Shown: positions 10,815 through 23,400, counted from the first letter of the stretch. The stretch is DNA of 36,084 nt from Octopus sinensis (GCF_006345805.1 NW_021831925.1:1-36084), one strand, 5' to 3'. Notes: generated by a model from the letters alone, not told the origin. Translations and numbers: made by a program.

Positions 10815-10852
10815 TCTTTTACGTTTCGAGCCTACGCTCTTCGACAGAAAGA
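10815..10852 (-). ncRNA. Hammerhead-like motif with variant core CUGUCGA
   Basis: Reverse complement reads UCUUU-CUGUCGA-A-GAGC-guag-GCUC-GAAAC-GU-A-AAAGA, with a 5-bp stem I and palindromic ACGU stem III. Confidence 0.6.
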
Positions 10853-10930
10853 TACACAGAAAAAAAAGGAGAGAAAAAAAATGCGTGTAGGAGCTAACGG
10901 TCCATCATGGCGTTCTGATTTCAGGCTGAA

Positions 10931-10979
10931 GTCAGAGGTCAGAGGTCAGACGTCAGAGGTCAGACGTCAGAGGTCAGAC
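10931..10979 (+). repeat. Seven tandem copies of GTCAGA(G/C)
   Basis: gtcagag gtcagag gtcagac gtcagag gtcagac gtcagag gtcagac. Confidence 0.95.
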
Positions 10980-11249
10980 GTTTGACGCTAGAGGGATAGT
11001 AGGGGAGATAACAGGGTCAAGTGACTTCGCCCCAACATGAAGGTGCGTGTGTGTATAAGGGAGTATGTATGTTCGTGTGAAAGAGGGCTGGTGGTTTGGA
11101 GGTGTGTATGTATGAGTGGGTGTAGAGATATGGGGATGGGTGTGTGGGTGGTGGGTTGTGATGTGATGTGTAATGTCGTATGGTGTAGTGTAGTGTGGTG
11201 TGATGTTGTGGGGAGGTGGGGGATGCATATATATATATATATATATCTC

Positions 11250-11454
11250 GGAGGCGCAATGGCCTAGTGGTTAGGGCAGGGGTGGTGATCCCTGCTGTAC
11301 TCTTTCACCACTCTTTCTCCCACGCTTTCTTCTGTTGGCCTGCTCGCTTAACCAGCAGGGTGGCTTCATTTGAAGGCTAAAACAATGCGAACGCATTGTG
11401 ACCAGCGATGTGTAACAACATCTGATGGTCTGGTCGGTCACGTGATTACGTGAT
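11250..11454 (+). mobile_element. SINE C, tail type 1, with an internal deletion removing the B box
   Basis: ggaggcgcaatggcctagtggttagggcag joins directly to gggtggtgatccctgctgtac. Inserted in (TA)n. Confidence 0.88.
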
Positions 11455-11699
11455 ATATATATATACATACAAACCACTGCGGTCGATTTCTTCGACTAAA
11501 ATTCTTGAAGGCTAAATAAATAATATTGTGAATATGAATTTATAGAAGAAGTTATTATTCAAATAAATATAATAAAAACACATTTGTATAAATAAAAATA
11601 ATAAAATGGAAATTTTATATTATTAAAATAATATTTATTAAGACAGTATTAGCATTAAAATAGAAATACTTAAATAATTAATAGTTAACATTACTGAAG

Positions 11700-12140
11700 C
11701 AGAAATAGTTTTTTTTGGGGGGGGGGGAAAGTGAATCTCGAAGTACATAATGTATTATGGGCACAAGGCCTGAAATTTGGAGGAGGGAAATAGTCGATTA
11801 CATCGACCCCAGCACTTAACTGGTACTTAATTTATCGACCCCCGAAAGGATGAAAAGCAAAGTCGACCTCGGCGGAATTTGAACTCAGGCGAAATACTGC
11901 TAAGCATTTCGTCCAGCGTGCTAACGATTCCGCAAGCTCCATGCCTTTCACGAAGTACATAATGCTATGAATAATAGCTTAAACTAGGTTAAAATACCTC
12001 TTGCATAGAAAAAGTCAAATGCTCAATATTTAATTTTTTTTTAGCTCAATTTTTACACGGTATCATTTATAGGTTTATGTGTTTCGACATTCACTGTTAC
12101 AAAAAGCGACTATTTCACGATCTCTTGAAAGTATCTAAAT
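11700..12140 (+). repeat. Diverged copy of hairpin repeat family H, interrupted by SINE B
   Basis: gaatctcgaagtaca...tgtgtttcgacattc...tatttcacgatctcttgaaag matches the 15422 and 16003 copies. Confidence 0.6.
11753..11950 (-). mobile_element. SINE B (alternative tail) with 14-bp TSD
   Basis: TSD cgaagtacataatg at 11739-11752 and 11951-11964. Confidence 0.9.
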
Positions 12141-12429
12141 TCTAACGACGTCAATAAAACAGATTTATTCAAAGAAATAAAATTGTAACAAAATATTTAA
12201 CCAAATAAAATTTAAAAAAAAATATATTTAATTAAATAATAACATAATAAAAACAACAAAAAAAAAGAATCTAAATAAATAATTGAATAAAATTAAATAA
12301 ATCATTAAAAAAACCCTCAGATATTTAAATAAATAAAATTATATAAAAAATATAAAATTTTTACCCTGTTTCACTGCGAAATTGAATTTCACAATTACAT
12401 GAATATTCCAATAATAATGTAAAATAGCT

Positions 12430-12455
12430 ACAACTACAACATCAACAATAATGGT

Positions 12456-12520
<65 letters not shown>

Positions 12521-12557
12521 TAATAATAATAAATAAATAAATATATAAATAAATTAG

Positions 12558-12594
<37 letters not shown>

Positions 12595-12662
12595 GCAACA
12601 ACAACAATAATAAGAATAATAATGATGATGATGATGATGATGATGATGAGATGATGATGATG

Positions 12663-12701
<39 letters not shown>

Positions 12702-12762
12702 TAATAAAATAACAGCAACAACAACAATTATAATAATAATGATGATGATGATGATGATGATA

Positions 12763-12809
<47 letters not shown>

Positions 12810-12851
12810 GTAACAACAACAATTATAATAATAATGATGATGATGATGATG

Positions 12852-12892
<41 letters not shown>

Positions 12893-12980
12893 ATAATAAC
12901 AGCAACAACAATATCAACAACAACAATAATAACAATAATAATAATAATGATGATGATAATAATAATAATGATAATAATAT
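12430..12980. repeat. Higher-order (AAT)n/(CAA)n/(GAT)n compound microsatellite
   Basis: aacag(c/t)aacaaca recurs at about 12591, 12711, 12806 and 12898. Confidence 0.9.
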
Positions 12981-13511
12981 GCATTTTCTGCAAGTCACGT
13001 TGCTTCAGTAAGTTTAATATCTTGGTGAAAAATAAAGTTGAAAATCACATTCGTGAAGAAAATGGAGAATGATATGTAAAATTGCTTCCCGCAGTTAACG
13101 GTAAGATAATTTTAAGTGGGTATATCTGATTTCCGCTGTAAAAGCGCTTAACAAATGAATTCGTAAAAACCACATCATATTCGTGAACGGCATATATAAT
13201 ATATGTGTGATACACAGATAGCTATAAAATTGATAATATTTAAATAAATAAAATTATGTTAACTGATAATATTGAAATGAATAGAATTATAAAAGTAAAT
13301 AACCTTTAAATTGATAAAAGTTAAAAATTTTTTTTTTTTCAATATTTAGTTGTAGGATCTGGCCTAAAGGTTAGCCTGAAGGGAAACTGAATTTTTCTCG
13401 TTTCGCACTTACAACATCTTAACGATTTGTCAGTTATATAATGGAAGGGTCGACGAGAAAGCCATTGTTGGATGGAGCTTAAGGCATCAACTAACTAACC
13501 TTAATTCAACT

Positions 13512-14070
<559 letters not shown>

Positions 14071-14304
14071 GTCTGTATGTGGCTTTAGGTATGTCGTTTA
14101 TGTTTGTAAACTTTGCCCCCCCCCCTTTATTTCACTTTAAATCCTGTACACCTCCACCTTCAACAAAGCTTACATCATCACCGCTATCATCACCAGAGAT
14201 ATTAGTTATGCAAGTACTATCATCATTATCATCATCATATGATTATTATATAATCAACTCGCCCTATACCAAAAATTTCAGGACTTGTGCCTTTAGTAGA
14301 ATGC

Positions 14305-14744
14305 AGACAGTGCATGCCATCAAAGTGATGCTGGGGTAAAACATACGAAGCCCAATATACCCATCATGACAATCCGTCTTATAAGGGTACGCCAGGCAGC
14401 TGCATCACAACCGTATGTACATGACATGGTGATCTCATATCAAGATAAACAGCTCATGACCTTGCAGGTGGGGACCCAGTTAGAATTTTCTTCAGGTCTC
14501 GTCGCCCATCCCACTCAAAAGGTCTCCGAATAAGGGTTGTTCAAGGATGTTGAACGAAACATCTACATTTCCAGCAGTGAATTATTCAAACATCAAAAAT
14601 TCCACTCGTCAAATGGTTATGATACTCCCCCACTTTTGCTCGTGATCAGAGATGCACATATCATCAACCATCAAGGGACATGCTCAACTAGTTATGGTCA
14701 AACAACTGACAAGCAAATCTGTGGTATTGAGCAGAATATTTGCT
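14305..14744 (-). mobile_element. Retroposon 3' end, family D (diverged copy)
   Basis: Reverse-complement homology over about 440 bp to 24125-24570. Confidence 0.88.
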
Positions 14745-14822
14745 TTACGTTCTGAGTTCAAAATTCGTTGAGGACGTCTTTGTTTATCATCCTTTTGTGG
14801 GTCAATAAAATAAGTACCAGTG
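14745..14822 (+). mobile_element. SINE B internal fragment
   Basis: ttacgttctgagttcaaaattc...tcatcctttt...aaataagtaccagt. Confidence 0.75.
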
Positions 14823-14839
14823 TTATATCCTTAGTGATG

Positions 14840-14871
<32 letters not shown>

Positions 14872-14944
14872 AACAATATAGCACAGTATCAAAATGTAAT
14901 CGTATAACAGGAAGCAATGTAAGAAGTGTTGGTCTTTCTAGGTG

Positions 14945-15106
14945 AAGGAGTGACTTGCTTACGAACAACATGGTTCCGGGTAGAGTCCCACTGCGTGGCA
15001 CCTTGGGTGAGCGTCTTCTACTATAGCCTCGGGCCGACCAAAGCCTTGTGAGTGGATTTGGTAGACGGAAACTGAAAGAAGCCCATCGTATATATATATA
15101 TTTATT

Positions 15107-15157
<51 letters not shown>

Positions 15158-15375
15158 TTTTGTATGTCTGTGTTTGTCCCCCCAACATCGCTTGACAACC
15201 GATGCTGGTGTGTTTACATCCCCGTAACTTAGCGGTTCGGCAAAAGAGACCGATAGAATAAGTACTAGGCTTACAAAGAATAAGCTCTGGGTTCGATTTG
15301 CTCGACTAAAAAGGCAGTGCTCTAGCATGGCCACAGTCATATGACTGAAACAGGTAAAGAAGTAAAAGAGTATAA
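14945..15375 (+). mobile_element. SINE A (head, internal microsatellite, body, tail)
   Basis: ggttccgggtagagtcccactgcgtggcaccttggg...; (TA)n(TG)n; body; tail gtaaagaagtaaaagag. Confidence 0.92.
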
Positions 15376-15421
15376 AAGAGGATAACCGTTTGCTCAATAA
15401 CAAACCAGTTCGACCTTTACT

Positions 15422-15625
15422 GCAATAATTCTATTTTGGAACGTTGAATCTCGAAGCACACATGTGAATATTGGACTGCTCGTGGGATTTCGACTTTTCC
15501 TACTTAAATATTTTAAACCCAGTATTTACATTGTAGCTTCATGATGTGTTTCGAGATCCAATGTTCCAAAGAAAAATTATTTCACGATCTACTGAAAGGT
15601 TATAAATTATTATGGTAATTTTACT
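15422..15625 (+). repeat. Hairpin repeat family H, copy 1 (MITE-like)
   Basis: Inverted ends aataattctattttggaacgttgaatctcgaagcaca / tgtgtttcgagatccaatgttccaaagaaaaattatt. Direct repeat of 16003-16220. Confidence 0.8.
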
Positions 15626-15789
15626 AGAGACAGTAGTAGTAGTAGTAGTAGTAATAGTAATAGTAATAGTAGTTGTAGTAGTATTAGTAGTAGTAGTAGT
15701 AGTAGTAGTAGTTGTAGTAGTAGTAGCAGTAGTAGTAGCAGTAGTCGTTGTTGCTGGCACTGAAAGGAAGAATAATGGAAAATTAGGAA

Positions 15790-16000
15790 GAGTTATTCTG
15801 GCAGCATCGTTAAGGAATCAGACGTAATCGCTTGTTTTCTCCGGATCTTTGACTTCTGTGTTCGAATCCCGTTGGGGGTTAACTTTCGTCCCATTCAGAG
15901 TTCCAAAATAATGTACCAGTCATTAACTAGGGTCAAAGGTGTAGACTGACACCATCCCCTCAAAACTGCTGACTCTGTACCTAAACCATAAATAATTATT
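15790..16000 (+). mobile_element. Highly degenerate SINE B
   Basis: ctggcagcatcgttaag...ttctgtgttcgaatccc...aatgtaccagt...ccatcccctcaaaactgctgactctgtaccta. Confidence 0.55.
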
Positions 16001-16002
16001 GT

Positions 16003-16220
16003 TGCAATAATTCGATTTTGGATCGTTGAATCTCGAAGCACACATGTAAAATATTGAGCTGCTCGTGGGATTTCGTATTTTTTTCTATCTAAGTATTTAT
16101 AACCCAGTATATTTACATGGTATTATTTATAGCTTCATGTGCATTTCGAGATCCACTCTTCCAGAGAAAAATTATTTTACGATCTATTGAAAGTTTATAA
16201 ATTATTATTGTAATGTTACA
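16003..16220 (+). repeat. Hairpin repeat family H, copy 2
   Basis: Aligns along its length with 15422-15625. Both copies are followed by (GTA)n. Confidence 0.8.
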
Positions 16221-16319
16221 ACAAATAGTAGTAGTAGTTGTTGTTGTTTTTGTTGTAGAAGTTTTTGTTGTATCAGTGTTTATGCCATATCATCAGGAGA
16301 AAAATCAATATGATATCAC

Positions 16320-16860
16320 GCTTTCATTGCTCTTCTTCATTTCACTTTTGTCTTTCTCTCTACTTTGTCTTTCTCTCTCTGTCCCCCACCCCAAGTCCTT
16401 CTCTCTCTCTTTCTCCCCTTCATACCTTCTCAGGCATACTACTTCACACTTTTATCTTTGTTTCTCACTTTATCTCTCACTCTCTTTCTTTCTTTCTTTC
16501 TTTTTTCCCTTCACCTCTATTTCACATTCTCTTATTTCTTATCCTTTATTTTCTTATTTTGCTACACTTCCCTCTCTCTTTGTTTGTCTCTCTCACACTC
16601 TTTATCCCTTTCTCTCTCTACACACACAACCTATCCCAACCAAAGACTCTCTCTCCCCGCCTCCCTCTCTCTCCTCACCTCACTTTATCTTTCACACATC
16701 ACTCTTACTCTCACTCTCTCTTCCTTTATTATGATTATTACGCTCCTCTACATTCCCCACTCTCTCCTTCTCTCCTCCTGTCTCACTGTTTCTCTCCATC
16801 TTTCTCACCCTCACTATCTCTGAAGCTCTGTTTCCCCCTTTCTCCTTCCCCTCTCACTTC
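16320..16860. repeat. CT-rich low-complexity tract
   Basis: Direct reading. Confidence 0.85.
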
Positions 16861-16874
16861 CTGCACGTATACAT

Positions 16875-16949
<75 letters not shown>

Positions 16950-16971
16950 CACATACATGCATTCATATACA

Positions 16972-17397
16972 CTTTACTCTCTTTACTCTTTTACTTGTTT
17001 CAGTCATTTGACTGTGGCCATGCTGGAGCACCGCCTTTAGTCGTGCAACTCGACCCGGGGACTTATTCTTTTGTAAGCCTAGTACTTATTCTATCGGTCA
17101 CTTTTGCCGAACCGCTAAGTTACGGGGGTCATAAACACACCAGCATCGGTTGTCAAGCAATGCTAGAGGGACAAACACAGACAAACATATACACACACAT
17201 ACATACATATATAGGACAGACTTCTTTCAGTTTCCGTCTACCAAATCCACTGACAAGGCTTTGGTCAGCCCGGGGCTATAGCAGAAGACACTTGCCCAAG
17301 ATGCCACGCAGTGGGCCTGAACCCGGAACCATGTGGTTGGTTAGCAAGCTACTTACCACACAGCCACTCCTGCGCCTATAGCCGCTCCTGCGCCTAT
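16972..17397 (-). mobile_element. SINE A, full length, with duplicated 5' end
   Basis: Full head and body. agcc(a/g)ctcctgcgcctat occurs twice (17362, 17380). Confidence 0.92.
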
Positions 17398-17439
17398 GTA
17401 TATATATATATATATACATACTCATACATGCATTCATAT

Positions 17440-17483
<44 letters not shown>

Positions 17484-17954
17484 TATATATATACATACAC
17501 ACACATACATAAATACATACACACACACACATACATACATACATACACACATACATACATACATACATACATACATACATACATACATACATACATAGAA
17601 TAATCGTTCAGGATCTCACTCAGGACCTCCTCTTTTTGTCGTTCCCTTTTCCTTTCAGCCAATCTCTGTTACTGCCTACATATAATTCCTTATCTACTCA
17701 CAGTCACTCACTCACTCACAGTCACTCACTCACTCTCTCACTCACTCACTCACTCACTCACTCACTCACTCACTCACCTCACTCAATCACCCATTTACCC
17801 GTATCATCCAAGATTATGTTAGGGCATTCTTTGCAATGGTTTTCTGTCTGTGTACATACAAACCAACTTAACTATACATACATGTGCGCAGAAAACAAAC
17901 ACACTCATACATGCACGCGTACACACTTGCAAATATATATATGTACATATCTTC

Positions 17955-17957
17955 ATA

Positions 17958-18015
<58 letters not shown>

Positions 18016-18024
18016 ACTATCTAA

Positions 18025-18097
<73 letters not shown>

Positions 18098-18114
18098 AAT
18101 CTATCAATCTATCA

Positions 18115-18171
<57 letters not shown>

Positions 18172-18172
18172 A

Positions 18173-18227
<55 letters not shown>

Positions 18228-18370
18228 CTTTAATTCTCTCTCTCCCTCTCTTACACGGTCTGTTCTTCCGTCTCTGTATGTATGTATGTATGTATGTATG
18301 TATGTATGTATGTATGTATGTATGTATGTATGTATGCATGCATATATGCATGTATATATGTATGTATGTA
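17955..18370. repeat. (TATC)n and (TATG)n microsatellites
   Basis: Direct reading. Confidence 0.95.
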
Positions 18371-18419
18371 TCAGTCTGTCTATCCGTCTATCTCTTTTTC
18401 TCTTTCTCTTTCTCTTTTG

Positions 18420-18630
18420 TTCTCTTTTACTTGTTTCAGTCATTTGACTGCGGCCATGCTGGAGCACCGCCTTTAGTCGTGCAACTCGACCCCGGGACTT
18501 ATTCTTTAGTAAGCCTAGTACTTATTCTATTGGTCTCTTTTGCTGAACCGCTAAGTAACGGGGACATAAACACACCAGCATCGGTTGTCAAGCAATGCTA
18601 GGGGGACAAACACAGACACAAAGACATACA

Positions 18631-18663
<33 letters not shown>

Positions 18664-18840
18664 GTATACATACATACAACGGGCTTCTTTCAGTTTCTTT
18701 CTACCAAATCCACTCACAAGACTTTGGTCGGCCCGAGGCTATAGTAGAAGACACTTGCCCAAGGTGCCACGCAGTGGGACTGAACCTGGAACCATGTGGT
18801 TGTTAAGCAAAATACTTATCACACAGCCACTTCTGTACCT
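18420..18840 (-). mobile_element. SINE A, full length
   Basis: Homology to the other A copies over body and head. Confidence 0.92.
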
Positions 18841-18846
18841 ATATAT

Positions 18847-18960
18847 AGCGGTTCGGCAAAAGAGACAGATAGAATAAGTACTGGGCTTACAAAGAATAAG
18901 TTCCGGGGTCGAGTTGCTCGACTAAAGGCGGTGCTCCAGCATGGACGCAGTCAAATGACT
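18847..18960 (+). mobile_element. SINE A body fragment, inverted against the adjacent copy
   Basis: agcggttcggcaaaagagac...cagtcaaatgact is the reverse complement of about 18437-18553. Confidence 0.88.
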
Positions 18961-19926
18961 ACATATTTGTGTCGGTGTCGATCTTCCAACATGAATGCAT
19001 ATACATACATATATAAAATATACATTCAAAAATGCATACATATATATCGATATAGACATAGATACATTTAGACACACACACACACGTGTGTGTGTGTGTG
19101 TGTGAGTGTGTGTAAGTACAAATCTATCTATATATCTTCAAGCATGCAAGTATAGATTAACGTGCATAAATATATTTACCACACACACACAGAGATAGAA
19201 AAATGCGTGCGCACACACACACATACGCGCACACACATATACGCACACACACGCACACACAGAAAGAAACACACATATATGTATGTATGTCTGTATATGT
19301 ATGTGTGCGTGTTTATATACATATACATATATATATATATAAATATATATATATATATTTATAAATATATATATATGTATAAAAGTATATATGTATACAT
19401 ATAATATATGTGTGTGTGTGTGTGTGCGTGAGTGAGTGCGTGTGTGTGTATCTATATATTTCCAAACGCATATAGAAAAAAGTAGAGGTTAATTTTCTGC
19501 ATCAATTATTTTCTTTATTCAGAGTGGTTTTTCTTACGCATCCTTTGCTTTTCTCATTTTTCCAGTTACACCTTGAAACAGCCTTTTGTTTGTTGTTCAC
19601 TTTTTGGTTGTCGATCTGCTTCTTCTTCTTGTTCTTGTTCTTGTTCTTGTTCTTTTTTTTTTTTTTGCTGTTGATGTTGTTACTGCTGCCTTTGTTGTTG
19701 TTGTTGTTGTTGTTGTTATTGTTCTTGTTCTTGTTGTTTATCAGTCAAAATTTTTTTTTTTCTATCCATTTTGCTTTCCTGATTCGAGGATCATTTTTAA
19801 AGTAGGAATCAATAATTCTTGCGTAACAGCTCACTGCTGTGGCACTGACTGAAGTCAATTACATAATGTAGAACAGTATCATCAGCATCAATAGCAACAT
19901 CATCAACAGCACCTACTTCGAAAACA

Positions 19927-19943
19927 CTATTATTATTATATTA

Positions 19944-19998
<55 letters not shown>

Positions 19999-20028
19999 AA
20001 TAATAATAATAATAACAATAATAATAAC

Positions 20029-20074
<46 letters not shown>

Positions 20075-20315
20075 TAATAATAATAATAATGATGATGATA
20101 AAAAATTAATTTTTTTTTTGTAATTATAAATATTATTATTTATATTTTTATTATTGAAATAATGACGACCGCAATGATAATAATAATAACAACAACAATA
20201 ATAATAATAATGATAATAATGATAATAATAATAATAATAATAATGATAATAATAATAATAACAACAACAGCAACAATAATAATAATAATAATAATAACAA
20301 CAACAACAACAATAA
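19927..20315. repeat. (TTA)n switching to (TAA)n/(CAA)n microsatellite
   Basis: Strand switch at about 19995. Confidence 0.92.
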
Positions 20316-20694
20316 TTGCCTGTCAGCTAGATGTAGTTACCACGAGACCACTTTAAACCATAGTATGATTTATGAAAATAAATGTTTTATGGTGTTTTTC
20401 GTCTAATGACAAACTCTTGACTCGGAGTAATATAGTCATAACGAGTGATGCATGAAGATGTAGATAGCCGAGTGTCTTCTTGAGACACAGCAGGTGTAAG
20501 ATTAATCTAGGTTCATGGTACTAATGCACATTGGACAAGGAATATCAATGCACTTACTAATAGAATCTTCTTCCAAGGTATCAAGTATGCTGTTACACCA
20601 AACAGGTGTTCAATGAACTTATACTGGGGACAAATATATACTGGTGAAAATTAACAATGAATGGCTGGTTGAAAAATACCAACCACACGGGTAA

Positions 20695-21445
20695 TACTCA
20701 AATGTACAGCAACACTGGTTGACGAAGTTAGAAATCTAGGTTGAGGAGAGATTGTTACTGTTTATATGATGGTGTTTTAAGTAGAGAGACTGATAGTAGT
20801 GATATTTATAAAAGTAATAACATTATCAATGATAAATGTAACATAATTTATTACTCTTCGATAAACATAACATTAACTATTTTAATAATGTAAGCATTGA
20901 TATTTCTGAACACCATATTTCTTCATTTACTTTTGGGTATGTGTCTGAACTGCTTCCAGTAATAAGGCCCTGGTTCAGGAGTTACAGGATTTCAATAAGT
21001 GTAGAACCATCTCTCAGTCACTAGTGTTCCCAGGTCTACTCTCAAGCAACCACGCAGGCATTACTTAAATGCACCGCAACATTGGTTGACGAAGTTTAAA
21101 ATCAGGGTTGTAAAAAGCGTTTGTTACAGTTTATTTGATGATGCTTTAAATAGAAAAACTGATAGTAATGATATTTATAATAATAAGAATGTTATTAATT
21201 ATAAAATTAATATAATTACGTAACGATAAGCATAACATTAACTATCTTAATAATGCGAACATTCATATTTCTGGACATCGTATTTCTTCATTTTGTCCAA
21301 GGTATGACAGTAAATTGCATCCAGTAATGAGACCCTTGTTCAGGTGTTGCAGGATTTTGAGAAGTGTAGAACCATCTCTTAGCCACTGTTTGTTCCAGAT
21401 TTACTCTCACCCAGAATAGTAACACCACCAGGGTCCCATTTATTA
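20695..21445 (+). repeat. Diverged tandem duplication, period about 367 bp
   Basis: ggttgacgaagtt at 20717 and 21084. cataacattaactat and aagtgtagaaccatctct occur in both units. Confidence 0.9.
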
Positions 21446-21785
21446 GACTGATCATAATGTTATGGAAGAAACTCCAAGTACAAACCCTCAGTGCTTTGTG
21501 AATGCAATGGGAAAGGGAAAAGGCTAGGGGTGTCAAGTTCGACTGAAAATCAGGGAGTGGAATCACTCAGGCGGTCCAGTGTCCTCTTTTACTGTAAACC
21601 GGCAACTTCAGCGTAGGTGGAGCTCACCAGCTCTGTAAGCATAAGGCCACTCCACTGTAAAACCTACAGCTTGCAGGTCATCGCAGTCGTCTTAGTTCAC
21701 TGAGCCACGTGGACTGACTTCCACCTTAAAACGACTCTGCGCTGGCAAGAAGAAAACTCCAGCAGGGTCAAGGATCGGTTTATAT

Positions 21786-22241
21786 CAGTGATTCTCAATC
21801 AAGGTCCATATGACCGTTAGGGGCCCATACATGATTTTGTTGTTAAAGCTTATGAAAAATAAATTGGTTATACTTTTAGAACATAAAAATTATTTTAACA
21901 ATTTTTTCATACCACTCCTAATGATATCTAATTATAAAAATATAATAGGATTTCTGTTAACAGGCGTTGAAAAGTTCCTGACTTTGAGTAACAGTAAATA
22001 CAGGAAAAACAGTTAATTATGATTTTATTCAACAAATTCTCATCTCAAATTCACGCACACATATTGCATCAGTCCTTCAGTTTTTTAAAGCTCTGTAAAA
22101 GAACTCAGAAGGTCGGGCCTCCAGTCAAGCCTTTCGTTGGATCCTTAAAGCCATGAACTTTTCAGCGCCCTCTCATATGGGCCAGTAGAGCAAAATAAGA
22201 ATCAAAGGGGTCCATAGGCAAAAAATGGTCAAGAGCTACTG
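21786..22241. mobile_element. hAT (Charlie-like) MITE with 8-bp TSD
   Basis: Termini cagtgattctcaa / tcaagagctactg. Flanks gtttatat (21778-21785) and atttatat (22242-22249) match at 7 of 8. Subterminal ggtccata motifs at both ends. Confidence 0.75.
21958..22177 (+). mobile_element. Mariner-type MITE nested in the hAT MITE
   Basis: TIRs ggcgttgaaaagttcctgacttt / aaagccatgaacttttcagcgcc. Homologous to 3893-4093. Confidence 0.82.
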
Positions 22242-22664
22242 ATTTATATAGTTACTTGAGGGAATGCCACTCTTCCTCACGATCTTCGGATACGATGAAA
22301 CTGCGATCACCATTTCTCAATAAATAGCAAATACGACTTCTGTTGCTGTTAGAATTCGGTAACACTCTTTGGCACTCCTTAGCAGGCGAAAAAGAAGAAT
22401 TCGATGATACATGTATCCACAGCTTTCTAAAATACAAACTGAACTAGCATTCACAATTTGTATTCACAAGTTTAAGAGCCAGCCTTTTTCATTAGATACA
22501 AAATAAATTAAAGGATATTGCGTGCCAAAGGATATAATGAATCATAACCTTATCATATCGGCCATGAATTTGTGAGTTTGCAGGTTACTTGATTAATCTT
22601 GGTACTTGACGAGTACTAAGGTTAGTAAAAAGTAAATTTGACTTCGGTGGGTAATAATAATGAT

Positions 22665-22904
22665 ACTCTTTTTCTCTCTTTTTTACTCTTTTACTTGTTT
22701 CAGTCATTTGACTGCGGCCATGCTGGAGCACCGCCTTTAGTCGAGCAAATCGACCCCGGGACTTATTCTTTGTAAGCTCAGTACTTATTCTATTGGGCTC
22801 TTTTGCCGAACCGCTAAGTGATGGGAACATAAACACACAAGCATCGGTTGTCAAGCAATGCTAGAGGGACAAACACAGACACACAAACATATACACACAT
22901 ACAT

Positions 22905-22993
<89 letters not shown>

Positions 22994-23160
22994 TACGACG
23001 GGCTTCTTTCAGTTTCCGTCTACCAAATCCACTCACAAGGCATTGGTCGGCCCGAGGCTATAGCAGAAGACACTTGCAAAAGATGGCACGCAGTGGGACT
23101 GAACCCGGAACCATGTGGTTGTTAAGCAAGCTACTTACCACACAGCCACTCCTGCGCCTA
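22665..23160 (-). mobile_element. SINE A, full length
   Basis: Tail, body, internal (TA)n, and head ending ccactcctgcgcc. Confidence 0.92.
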
Positions 23161-23177
23161 TATGATGATAACAATAA

Positions 23178-23284
23178 TCCTCTTTATTAAAGGCACGAGG
23201 CCTGAAATTTGGGGGAGGGGTATAGTCGATTACATTGACCCCAGTACTCAACTGGTTCTTGATTTATCGACATCGAAAGGATGA
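23178..23284 (-). mobile_element. SINE B 3' fragment (alternative tail)
   Basis: ggcacgaggcctgaaatttgggggagggg...gaccccagtac...ttatcgacatcgaaaggatga. Confidence 0.8.
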
Positions 23285-23400
23285 TTTAAATCAATTTAAA
23301 TCTCTCTGTTGTATTACATGAACATATTTAGCTACTGACATAACAAAGATTAGTAAGAAAAGTCTACCTTTCACGCATAATCTTAACAAACAAATTATAA

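Noticed and set aside
16213-17011. Three overlapping ORFs up to 248 aa
   Set aside because: CT-rich low-complexity sequence lacking stop codons in all frames.
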